Shown in pieces: positions 54,701 through 63,618 of a DNA stretch of 64,000 nt. The position numbers and the translations under genes were made by a program. Each line of letters starts with the position of its first letter. Position 1 is the stretch's first letter. Source of the DNA: an uncultured Clostridia bacterium (GTDB taxonomy: Bacteria > Bacillota > Clostridia > TANB77 > CAG-508); NCBI GenBank assembly GCA_949746675.1, contig CATKDT010000043.1:24820-88819 (forward strand), read 5' to 3'. The notes under the pieces are model-generated. The model was given only the letters and a program-made list of their open reading frames with translations. It did not search any database and was not told where the DNA came from.

Positions 54701-56776
54701 TTAAAACCAATAAAACTATCATTAGGAACAGACATTGACCCAATAAGATCATACATAATAGACAATTCAGACGACTTAACAAGAACAATTCCATTAATAA
54801 AACCAGGAGAAAGCTACTTTGCATACTATGACGTATTATCAGGAAAAACACTAAACGCAGAAAATGCAGAAGAAAACCAATATATATCAAAATTTAGAAC
54901 AACAATAAACAATGATGACACAAATGGAGACGAAATAGAAAGCAAAGTAAATTTAACAGAAGGATATTTAAACTTAAAATTAACATCAGATTTACAATCA
55001 ATACTAGAATCAAATCTAGTACTAGAAAATAGAGAATTTAATTATGTAGTAGACTTATATAATGTAAATCGAAAAGAAAAAAATAATGTAACATTAAAAC
55101 TACAACTACCACAAGGAATAGAATTTGTAAGTTCAGAAACAAAAGCAAGCTATGATAAAGGAACAAACACAGTAACTTATAGCATCGGACAAATGCAAGG
55201 AGGAGACAGCAAGAGAATACTAACAAAAGTAAAAATAACAACAAAAGACACAAGCAAGCTAGAAGCAGTTGCAACAGTAAAATGTGCTGAAAACAATGCA
55301 GAAATTAAATCAAATCCATTATCAGTAGGAACCAGTTCGTTAGAAAAAGACGTAGAAGTAATACAACGTTTAAGTGTTGAAAGTGGAAAAATAATGGACA
55401 CAGATACAGTAGAAATATATGTAGATGTAAAAAACAACACAAATGGCAAACTAGAACTAGTATATAACAATTCAATGCCAAAAGAACTAGACGCACAAAA
55501 ATCACAAGTAATAATAGACAATAAAGTACAATATGAAACAACAGCAAACTATATAAACATGCCAATGACACTTGAAAAAGGACAATCAGGAAGATTCTTA
55601 ATACAAGCAAAAGCACGTACACAAGCAAAAGACAGTACAATAACAGTTGAAAGCGCACCAACACTAAAAACAATAAATGGGCAAGAATTAACAGTAAATA
55701 CAGTAAAACTACAAATCCAAGGAACAGGAAACTTCTCATCAGGAAATAATACAAATGGAACATACAACATCCAAGGAACAGCATGGTTAGACACAAACAA
55801 CAATGGTAAAAAAGAACCAGAAGAAGAACGACTATCAGGAGTAGAATTACAGTTATATGATGGAAAGAAAGGCGAACTAGTAAAAGACTCAGATGGAAAT
55901 ACAATAACAGTTACAACAGGAAATGAGGGAATCTACACATTCAAAAGTCTAAAACCAGGAAAATATAATATAGTAGCAAATTATGATACTAGAAAATACG
56001 ATCTAGGACAATACAAAGTAGAAGGAGTAGCAGAAGGAGAAAACTCAGACTTCGTACTAGCAACACTACAAGGAAAAGAAGTTGCATCAACAGACGCAAT
56101 AACAATACAAAATGCAAACATCTATAATATAGACCTAGCACTAGTTGATAAAAATACATTTGACTTAAAACTAGACAAAACAATAACAAAAATAGTAGTA
56201 ACAAACTCAAAAACTAATAAAACAAACAACTATGACTTCAACTCAAATGTAGCAAAGGTAGAATTAGGTGGAAGCAATGTAGAATACAACACAATATTAG
56301 TAGAATACAAAATAACAGTAAGTAATATTGGACATGTTGCAGGATATGCAAAATCAATAGTAGACTATTTACCAAAAGACATGACATTTAGTTCAGAACT
56401 AAACAGCTCATGGTATACAGAAAGAGATGGAAACGCATACAACACAAGTTTAGCAAACACACTAATAAATCCAGGAGAAACAAAAGAAGTAACACTAGTA
56501 TTAAGCAAAAAAATAACAGGTGAAAACCTAGGAACAATCAGAAATACAGCAGAAATTGCAGAAAGCTACAATGAATATAGTATAAAAGACATAAACTCAA
56601 CAGCAGGAAACAAACAAGATGGAGAAAATGATATGTCCTCAGCAGATGCAATTATAGGAATGAGCACAGGTAGAGAAATAATAAAAGTAACAGGAATATC
56701 AATAGGACTACTTGCATTAATTGCATTAGCAGTATTCTCAATGAAAAAAATAATAATGCCAAAATTTACACTATAA
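51794..56776 (+). CDS. Giant secreted surface protein / putative adhesin (DUF11-type and SdrD-B/Cna-B-like repeats, C-terminal membrane anchor)
   Basis: 1660 aa with signal peptide ...PTLVYA|SEE. DUF11-like segments include GEYITYRIRIRNKGSKNAENVKV. An SdrD B-like segment reads GTAWLDTNNNGKKEPEEERLSGVELQLYDG...GIYTFKSLKPGKYNI. The C-terminal tail is GMSTGRE, then a hydrophobic helix, then MKKIIMPKFTL. Confidence 0.8.
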   Translation: MQKYTLKIVAILTTLLLVGTMFIPTLVYASEEIQDQKTSQENVLFNATVQNKYEAKLNLLAESTLELNLSVKNTGYLKDINVTLEGNNYDLVTTKEPEQSLDILTVDEQTTLEQQISSQMPTGALDTIQGNTNNVNEDALKNATMGGSIINQTENKQPVEGNTLTEEIKNNITETNDNQNKIKAIKENVIELNEIKFGETANIKLPIKFKENDKISVDEYNKESTVTLSAIYVNEKGKEKKVTKTITHKIEWTLDVTEKIEQKLTRYLKYNNNTMIGVEINDEIEPNNLPITKKEISIITPKVNNINPEKIIALTENAEYKYENGIVTIIQESKPDNEGKISINSKGTYRLIYIYNTQVEEIKTIETSATAQITTIKEDTVTGTTTQNTFDVTEQIGSLVDLETIKPESISKGYMYTNLNKSENKLTTSYEEKYNVNIGLAELVDRITIEQKTNSFTTEQGYYDITDKITTKKIKVENLEKILGVDGKITIKNQAGEEIAALSKEKQEAEITESILTIETTKPIAEGNLQFTLLKEISGDVGLNIEELKTINKLTTQINVKGYKGEIEISNQEKTDEIALESPKSTATLEVSQSTLSTVTENKDIIFNVVLNKSSIENALYKNPSIKITLPDQVKEIKVKDARVLYENEISAGSINTDNNTIQVNLQGTQTEYSSSATEKGSLVRIVADIKLDNLATSDNGNIKLNYANEATGENNTIEGTMKVEAPTGFVTTNTIKIDDKEATAVESNNDDIEIARTAEERKMQIKGVIINNLGNNAEGLTIIGRIPFQGNKTLEGKDLGTTVDTTLSTAIAVTGLENALVYYSDDKEAGITTQNWSTEPTTSSKTYKIVANTPLNDKTKAEFNYEVTVPANLPASSAIKENYGVYYNNNSVDGIKTNLVEAKTVGASTSGIADIETGLEIFDTNTGVQIQNEGQVTEGEYITYRIRIRNKGSKNAENVKVKATLANGLKPIKLSLGTDIDPIRSYIIDNSDDLTRTIPLIKPGESYFAYYDVLSGKTLNAENAEENQYISKFRTTINNDDTNGDEIESKVNLTEGYLNLKLTSDLQSILESNLVLENREFNYVVDLYNVNRKEKNNVTLKLQLPQGIEFVSSETKASYDKGTNTVTYSIGQMQGGDSKRILTKVKITTKDTSKLEAVATVKCAENNAEIKSNPLSVGTSSLEKDVEVIQRLSVESGKIMDTDTVEIYVDVKNNTNGKLELVYNNSMPKELDAQKSQVIIDNKVQYETTANYINMPMTLEKGQSGRFLIQAKARTQAKDSTITVESAPTLKTINGQELTVNTVKLQIQGTGNFSSGNNTNGTYNIQGTAWLDTNNNGKKEPEEERLSGVELQLYDGKKGELVKDSDGNTITVTTGNEGIYTFKSLKPGKYNIVANYDTRKYDLGQYKVEGVAEGENSDFVLATLQGKEVASTDAITIQNANIYNIDLALVDKNTFDLKLDKTITKIVVTNSKTNKTNNYDFNSNVAKVELGGSNVEYNTILVEYKITVSNIGHVAGYAKSIVDYLPKDMTFSSELNSSWYTERDGNAYNTSLANTLINPGETKEVTLVLSKKITGENLGTIRNTAEIAESYNEYSIKDINSTAGNKQDGENDMSSADAIIGMSTGREIIKVTGISIGLLALIALAVFSMKKIIMPKFTL

Positions 56777-56785
56777 TTTAATTAT

Positions 56786-56854
56786 AATTGTCAAACGTGA
56801 TTTTCAAAAGAAAATCACAGAAGGCAATGAGCAAAATAAAATGAAGCGAAAGGG
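56786..56854 (+). repeat. Leader repeat family, locus C (single unit between the two surface-protein genes)
   Basis: AATTGTCAAACG box, then a perfect 9-bp hairpin GTGATTTTC-AAAA-GAAAATCAC (56797-56818), ending ATGAAGCGAAAGGGAGG, which supplies the SD of the next gene. Confidence 0.65.
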
Positions 56855-56862
56855 AGGAAAAT

Positions 56863-59800
56863 ATGAGAACAAAGATAAAATGTAGCAACATACTAAAAAT
56901 AATAATACTAACATTATTCGTAGGTATTGCGCTATCATTTTCTAAATCTTGGGCTATGCCAAGTAAAATGGAACTAGACGTAAGAAGCAACTCAATCAAA
57001 GGAACAAATGCTGATAATCCTGGATATGCACCATTCTATTGTATGTTCCATGGACGAGCATTAACATACTTTAACAAGCCAAATGGTGGAGGCTCAAGCT
57101 CAAGTGTTTCAACAAGTACGTCAGGAGCTGTAAGTAGCCAAACTGGAACATCACAAATGTCAGTTGCAGGCACACTAAACAATTTCTTATCAATGATGCA
57201 ACAAATGCCATATAATGAAAACGTTAGAGCAGCTATGGCAGCAGATCCAGGAGCAGGTGGAGGAGGATATACTCCAACAGTTGGAGCTGACGAAGCAACA
57301 GGAGACCAAGATATAGATAACTTCACAAAAAGTGAAACAGCACTAACATGGAGTGAATATATATTACAATATGAACTACATAATGCAGAAATAGAACCAT
57401 CAGTTGGATATGCACTATACTATTCAATGAATATAATGGGAATAAATCCATCACAAACATTCTATATGGATTTCCAATATGTAGTATGGTCATCTAGAAA
57501 CTGGGGAAATGACTCAAACATGTTAGACGCAGGATCAGCAAGAGCATCATCAGCACCTACAATGGCTAGTAACACACGTGCAAGAGCGCACCAATATGGA
57601 CAAGTATATTATCATATATTAAGATATGATATACAAAATCCAGACTCAATGTTTAAAATAACACCAGATGACCCAGACACACCAGATGACAAACTAAAAG
57701 TAATGGTAGACAAAACAACAGGGCTATATACAGTAGGACCATATAAAATGGAATGTGTCTATGGAGACAAAGCAGATTGGGAAATACTATATAACGAGAT
57801 AACAGGAATAGGAAATCAAGGCTTTGATAAAAAAGTAAGATTTGCAGAATACCGTAGAATAACAAATTTAAACTTTGATGGACAACCAGAAGAAATAGAA
57901 AAAGTAGAATTTTTAAGAGAAGACGGAACTAAATTTATAGATGACCCAGATGGAACAAACTTCCCAGATTTCGTAAATCAAGAAAACTTCTACATTAGAT
58001 TTAAACCAACAGAAGAAGGGGCAATAAATAGATTATCACAAGACTTAAATGACTTAAATCCAGTAATACACGTAGGATATATTAGCGGATTTACAACATC
58101 AATAAGAGCAAGATATGACAGTACACAATTACAAGCACATGAAGTACATGGAGGATTTACAGCAGGAGAAAGCTTAAGCTCTGGAATGATAAGCTGGTTT
58201 ATAGTAAAAGCAGACGCATCAGTACCACCAGAATGTAAATACAAAGCAGATAGCGTATCATGGACAGATCCTGAATATACAATGCAATATCATATCGGCG
58301 CTAGCACTCAAACAGTATATGGAACAACAGACATAACATTTAAGTTAACTTATACAACAAGTGGAGGAGGAGATCCACATACAGTAGAAGTAAAATTTGA
58401 GGGTGTGCGAATATACCAAATAATATCAGGCCATACTTGTCATTGTCCTTGTGATCATGCTAATGGAAGCTGTTCGCCAGACTATAGATATTATGACTCA
58501 GACTTATCACCAAGTGGATGGAAATTTGTTGGAGAGGACAAAACATCAGATGATATAAAAGTAGATGGTGTATCAGTACAACCACTAGCAAAACTTGTAA
58601 GTGAAATAGACAGATTTAAGAGTGTTCAAAAATTAGACTTAGGTATATATGGAGACGTAAAAGTAAACGAAACAGCAGTAAAAGTTGGTGGAAAAAGAAT
58701 TAATATGATGCTAGGCGGATATGTGTGGGTAGACTCAGGAGACGCAAAAACAGCAAGTTTTGATAACTTAAGAGACACACGTTCACAACAAGAATACAAC
58801 AACGGAGCAGGAGACGAATACTTCAAAGACTACAGCTATAGAGGTTTCTGGGATACACCAAATGACAAAGACAAAAACTTCTGTGGAATACTAGTAGAAC
58901 TATATGACACACAAAAAGACCCAACAACACCAATAGCATATACAACAACCGATAAATTTGGTAGATACAGATTCTATGGACTAGCTGAAGATCCAGGAAC
59001 AAACCAAGTACGCTCATTAGTAAACCCACTACATGACTACTTTATAAAATTCAAATTTAATGGACAACTATACACACAAGTAGAAAGTAACAATGATGGA
59101 AAATATGCTAAATGGACAAATGGAGGAGAAGGCAAGAACTCTAGTGCAGACGAGATAACTGGACAAGGAGGAGAAGCTGCAGAAGACACTCCATTTAGCA
59201 GAAAAACAATAAACGACAGATTCGAAACAATAAAATCATTATATGATGGAGGAACACCAGCATCAGGAGCAGACAACAATAGTTATGAAGGAACAGAAGG
59301 CAAAAACAAAGCATATGCAATGTATCAAAAGATAGAAACATCATATGGAGAATTCAGTGACCAGAATAGACTAGACGGAGAAGAGCCAAAATATGTCCAT
59401 GGATATGGAAGTTTCCTTGACAAGTGGGCATATGCATATGGTGATGCATGGGATGACTTCATATATAAAGCAACAAACACAACAAACTTCGAAAATCCAG
59501 ACTATATGGACTGTACAAAAACATGGTTTGACGGTGACTATAAAGCCTCAGACGATGTATATGTAAGAAAACTAGAAGAAGTAAAAGCATTATGGGGATA
59601 TGATGGAGAAAATGCTGCAAAATTCCTAAATGACTGCTTAATGAAAGCAAAAACAATATCACCAACATATACAATACCAGGAGACTATGACCAATTTGTA
59701 ATCAACAACGTAAATGAACAACTAGTAGAACAAGCACCACTATATGACCCAGACTTAGCAGCAACATACTGGGCAACATTCAAAAATCTATATACACAAC

Positions 59801-62800
59801 AATCAGATCAAAGTAGATATATAAATTATGGTGTACATGAACGTCAAAGAGCAGACTTAGCAATACAAAAAGACGTATTTAATGCAAAAGTAATAGTAGA
59901 TGGTGAGCTTGAAACATATGACTACAGATCAAAAAATATGGAAGAACAAGCTCAAGACGAAGCATATGATCCAACAAAAGACGAAACAACATGGAATATC
60001 TACAAAAGAAGAGAAGACATTCTATATAAATTACACCAAGAAAACGGAACAGACAGACAATCAGGAGAAACAGGCTTTGTACATCCATTAGAGATACGTC
60101 GTTCAGACTACTTAAAAACATGGACAGAAGCAAATGAATTAGACAAAAACTTAAAGATATTAATCACATATAGAATAGCAGTCAAAAACCAAGGATCAGT
60201 ACCAGTAAAAATAAATGACTTAATAGACTACTATGACAGCGATGAAATGGAATTTGATGGTGTACTTAATGGAGACACATATACACCAACAAAATACAAA
60301 AAATATAGTGATGATGGAACAGGTTCTGTAACAGAAGAATACATTAATACATTTATAAGCTCAGGAATGGACGGAGAAAACGAAGGAGACTTAACAGTAA
60401 AAACAACAGGATATGACGGAAGAGCAGCAAGAACCTTAGCAGGAGAGCAAATAGACTCAGGACTATCAAACGAATACAAATACTATTATGACACATTATT
60501 CTTAAGCAATATAAATGGTGGACAAGAATTAGAACCAGGAAAAATCACATTTGCCTACATATCATTTAGAGTAAAGAATCCAGAAGTAACAAGATTTAAA
60601 TACTCAAAAATAAAAGACAAGCCGATACTAGATATCACATTTGACAGTGAGGAAAACCTTGTTGGAAAACGTAATATAATTGAAGTAAACTCTTACTCGA
60701 CACCAAAACAAAATGACGATATAAACTACGGATTTGTAGACATTGACTCATGTGCAGGAAGCTTAGATGACAATGACTTAAACAAAGAAACTGGTAACAT
60801 CAAGATAAACAATGATCCACTAAAAGACCACCAAGAAGATGATACTGACGAAGCTCCGAACCTAAGAATACGTATATCTACAAACGACGACACTAGAATA
60901 TACTCAGGATATGCATATGAAGACAACAGAAATGAGGTAAAAGACAAAGCCGTAGTAGGAGATGGTGATTACTCAGACGACGAAACAAAAATAGATGGTA
61001 TAACAATGCAAATATATCAATTACAAAGAGAAGTAGATAGTGAAGGAATATTTACAGGAAAATACAATGCAAGTGCAAAGAGACTACAACAATATAGATT
61101 TACAGCACAAGACGAATCAAACACAGGATTAGTAGAAACAATCACAGACCCTAGATACAAAACAGGTACAGGAGAAGCAAACATACTATTTGACTCAGAC
61201 ATACCAGCATTAAAAATAGGTGACCTACCATATGTTGAAAGTGGAAAAGGTGGATACACATACGCATCAATTCCATCAGGAGACTACTTCATAAGATTTA
61301 TATATGGTGATACCTATGAAACAGTATTAACAAACGATGAGACAACAGTCGGAAAAGAAGTAAAAGATCTAGGATTATCAGCAATGACATATACACAAGA
61401 CCAAGAAGGAGTTGTAAACAAACCATCAAATGCAGTAGACAATACAGGCGGTTCAGAAAGCATACAAGCAAAAGGTCTAAACGCAAGATCATATAATGGA
61501 CAAGACTATAAATCAACAGTATATCAAGGACTTGACACAGGAAAAGCAATAGACCAAGGTGACATATTCTATAATGGAATCAATGGATACCAAGATTATA
61601 ACAAACAAAACTACTCAAAACTATCAGGAGGAAACTACGATGTAGTAGATGACTCAGATACAAGCGCATCATATAAAGACTATGTAAAAGTAAATGATGA
61701 TGGAAACGAAAAAGACTTAATGTATGCATATGACTTCAAAAAAGGTGATGCAGGATCAGCAGGACTTTCAGATGCAAAAGACGTTTACTATTATAGATGG
61801 AAAGCAAACAACTATGGTAGAGGAACACAATTTGAAGGAAATCCACAAAAAACACAAAGAAATACTCTAATGGAAATACTAGACTCTTGGGAAAAAGTTC
61901 AAACATACCAAGAAGGCGATGTAAAAGCAAGACAAGAAAGTATGTTAAAAGAACTTATGTCTCAAACACAAATGGTATCACAAACAGGTATTTTAAGCAC
62001 AAAAGGAGAATATAACACAACATATACGGGAGAACAAGGATTTGAATCAGGCGTAAACAATATTGACTCAGACACACACGAACACGGATATATCTTAAAA
62101 AATCTAAACCTTGGACTAGTAGAAAGACCAGAAGCTCAAATGAAATTAACAAAGAAAATAACAAACTTCCAAGTAACATTAGCAAATGGTAGAGTATTAT
62201 TTGACGCAAGTAAATCAGTTAGAAACTTATATATGGCAGAACATAAAGGACATATGGCATTCTTTGTAAACAATGATGCAGAAAAATATCCAACATGGCC
62301 TGCAAAAACAGTAGAAGAACTACGTGCAGAAAAAGAAAACTTATATAAAAATCTTGGAAATGAGACAGCGTTAAGAAGACTTGCAGCAGTTGTAACCTCA
62401 GCAAACTCAAAAGAAACGCCAGAATTACTACAAGTATACATGGATGATGAATTAATGGAAGGCGCAATGATGAAAGTTAGATATGACTTCTTAATTGAAA
62501 ACGCTAGTGAAGTTGATTACCTAGACAAACAATTCTACTACACAGGAAGAACAGCACACGCAGGAGACGACAATTATGTATCAAGAACAAACGCATACAC
62601 AGTAGTAGACTATGTAACAAACATGATAAGATATGATCAACAATATCAAGACCAAAAGAATGGAAACCCAATAGTATGGTCTGCAAAAAATCTAAATGAC
62701 TTAATGAACTCATCAACAGTAGACGCAAGTGGAAACGTAACAATTGGAAATGATGGAACAGGTGAAGACCTAGGAGATGGAAACATCACAGCAAATAATG

Positions 62801-63354
62801 CAAGCTCATATAGAAGAGACTTAGTAAACAGAAAATATGCACCTATTATAAAAACATACAATCAAATTCTAACAACTGACTCTTTAAGAGATAATACAAT
62901 TGAAACATCATTATTACCAATAAAATACTTTAGCAGTGATAATGAAGCCAAAACAGAAGGAAGAGGCGTTCATACAACAACACTAGTTCTATCAACAGAA
63001 TTATCAACAAACAACACAGGAGACAACTTAGTATACAACAACTTAACAGAATTAGTCGAAACACAAAACACAGTCGGTAGAAGAATGCAGTTCTCAATTA
63101 TAGGTAACCAATCAATGTCAGACCAAAGTCTAAGAAACGATGCAAGCATTACTGAAGACTCAAGCGAAGACTTAGTAACACCTACCGAAATTGACGCCGA
63201 CAGTGCTCAAAAGATAGTAATCACAAAACCTACTGGTGAATTCAGAAACTACACACCATGGATAATCACAGCAATTGCAGCATTTGCAATCATTGCAATA
63301 TCAGCAGTAGTAATAAGTGTAAAAGTATTAGGCGGAAATAAAGCTAAAAAATAA
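56863..63354 (+). CDS. Giant secreted surface protein / putative adhesin (possible N-terminal thioester domain, SdrD-B/Cna-B-like repeats, C-terminal sorting-signal-like tail)
   Basis: 2163 aa with signal peptide ...SFSKSWA|MPS. SdrD B-like segments include GGYVWVDSGD...GILVELYD...DKFGRYRFYGL and YAYEDNRNEV...DGITMQIYQL. The tail is ITKPTGE, then a hydrophobic helix, then GGNKAKK. Confidence 0.8.
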   Translation: MRTKIKCSNILKIIILTLFVGIALSFSKSWAMPSKMELDVRSNSIKGTNADNPGYAPFYCMFHGRALTYFNKPNGGGSSSSVSTSTSGAVSSQTGTSQMSVAGTLNNFLSMMQQMPYNENVRAAMAADPGAGGGGYTPTVGADEATGDQDIDNFTKSETALTWSEYILQYELHNAEIEPSVGYALYYSMNIMGINPSQTFYMDFQYVVWSSRNWGNDSNMLDAGSARASSAPTMASNTRARAHQYGQVYYHILRYDIQNPDSMFKITPDDPDTPDDKLKVMVDKTTGLYTVGPYKMECVYGDKADWEILYNEITGIGNQGFDKKVRFAEYRRITNLNFDGQPEEIEKVEFLREDGTKFIDDPDGTNFPDFVNQENFYIRFKPTEEGAINRLSQDLNDLNPVIHVGYISGFTTSIRARYDSTQLQAHEVHGGFTAGESLSSGMISWFIVKADASVPPECKYKADSVSWTDPEYTMQYHIGASTQTVYGTTDITFKLTYTTSGGGDPHTVEVKFEGVRIYQIISGHTCHCPCDHANGSCSPDYRYYDSDLSPSGWKFVGEDKTSDDIKVDGVSVQPLAKLVSEIDRFKSVQKLDLGIYGDVKVNETAVKVGGKRINMMLGGYVWVDSGDAKTASFDNLRDTRSQQEYNNGAGDEYFKDYSYRGFWDTPNDKDKNFCGILVELYDTQKDPTTPIAYTTTDKFGRYRFYGLAEDPGTNQVRSLVNPLHDYFIKFKFNGQLYTQVESNNDGKYAKWTNGGEGKNSSADEITGQGGEAAEDTPFSRKTINDRFETIKSLYDGGTPASGADNNSYEGTEGKNKAYAMYQKIETSYGEFSDQNRLDGEEPKYVHGYGSFLDKWAYAYGDAWDDFIYKATNTTNFENPDYMDCTKTWFDGDYKASDDVYVRKLEEVKALWGYDGENAAKFLNDCLMKAKTISPTYTIPGDYDQFVINNVNEQLVEQAPLYDPDLAATYWATFKNLYTQQSDQSRYINYGVHERQRADLAIQKDVFNAKVIVDGELETYDYRSKNMEEQAQDEAYDPTKDETTWNIYKRREDILYKLHQENGTDRQSGETGFVHPLEIRRSDYLKTWTEANELDKNLKILITYRIAVKNQGSVPVKINDLIDYYDSDEMEFDGVLNGDTYTPTKYKKYSDDGTGSVTEEYINTFISSGMDGENEGDLTVKTTGYDGRAARTLAGEQIDSGLSNEYKYYYDTLFLSNINGGQELEPGKITFAYISFRVKNPEVTRFKYSKIKDKPILDITFDSEENLVGKRNIIEVNSYSTPKQNDDINYGFVDIDSCAGSLDDNDLNKETGNIKINNDPLKDHQEDDTDEAPNLRIRISTNDDTRIYSGYAYEDNRNEVKDKAVVGDGDYSDDETKIDGITMQIYQLQREVDSEGIFTGKYNASAKRLQQYRFTAQDESNTGLVETITDPRYKTGTGEANILFDSDIPALKIGDLPYVESGKGGYTYASIPSGDYFIRFIYGDTYETVLTNDETTVGKEVKDLGLSAMTYTQDQEGVVNKPSNAVDNTGGSESIQAKGLNARSYNGQDYKSTVYQGLDTGKAIDQGDIFYNGINGYQDYNKQNYSKLSGGNYDVVDDSDTSASYKDYVKVNDDGNEKDLMYAYDFKKGDAGSAGLSDAKDVYYYRWKANNYGRGTQFEGNPQKTQRNTLMEILDSWEKVQTYQEGDVKARQESMLKELMSQTQMVSQTGILSTKGEYNTTYTGEQGFESGVNNIDSDTHEHGYILKNLNLGLVERPEAQMKLTKKITNFQVTLANGRVLFDASKSVRNLYMAEHKGHMAFFVNNDAEKYPTWPAKTVEELRAEKENLYKNLGNETALRRLAAVVTSANSKETPELLQVYMDDELMEGAMMKVRYDFLIENASEVDYLDKQFYYTGRTAHAGDDNYVSRTNAYTVVDYVTNMIRYDQQYQDQKNGNPIVWSAKNLNDLMNSSTVDASGNVTIGNDGTGEDLGDGNITANNASSYRRDLVNRKYAPIIKTYNQILTTDSLRDNTIETSLLPIKYFSSDNEAKTEGRGVHTTTLVLSTELSTNNTGDNLVYNNLTELVETQNTVGRRMQFSIIGNQSMSDQSLRNDASITEDSSEDLVTPTEIDADSAQKIVITKPTGEFRNYTPWIITAIAAFAIIAISAVVISVKVLGGNKAKK

Positions 63355-63378
63355 TTCTAATATAATTAGAATATAAAG

Positions 63379-63403
63379 AGAACCTCGCAAGAGGTTCTTT
63401 TTG
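63379..63403 (+). terminator. Rho-independent terminator after the surface-protein operon
   Basis: AGAACCTC (63379-63386), GCAA loop, GAGGTTCT (63391-63398), then TTTT. Confidence 0.75.
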
Positions 63404-63618
63404 TGTATTTAAATGAAAACTCTTGTAATTTAAACAAAAATAATGTAGAATAAACACGATGAAAAAAATAAGATAGCCTACCAAATTTGACACAAAACTA
63501 CAAAGGACAAGCACTATAATAGTGTAGATAAAAAAGAAAATAAAAGCTAATCAAGGCTAAACGCATAAAAATATACAATCAAAGTAATGCCAAAAGACTA
63601 GCAAAAGAGGTGGGAAAA

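Noticed and set aside
63423-63451. The promoter candidate TTGTAA, 17 nt, TAGAAT upstream of the SpoIIE-like gene, and a search for Spo0A boxes (TGTCGAA)
   Set aside because: The hexamers are plausible but weak and lie about 160 nt from the start codon. I found no exact 0A box, so it is not reported as a feature.
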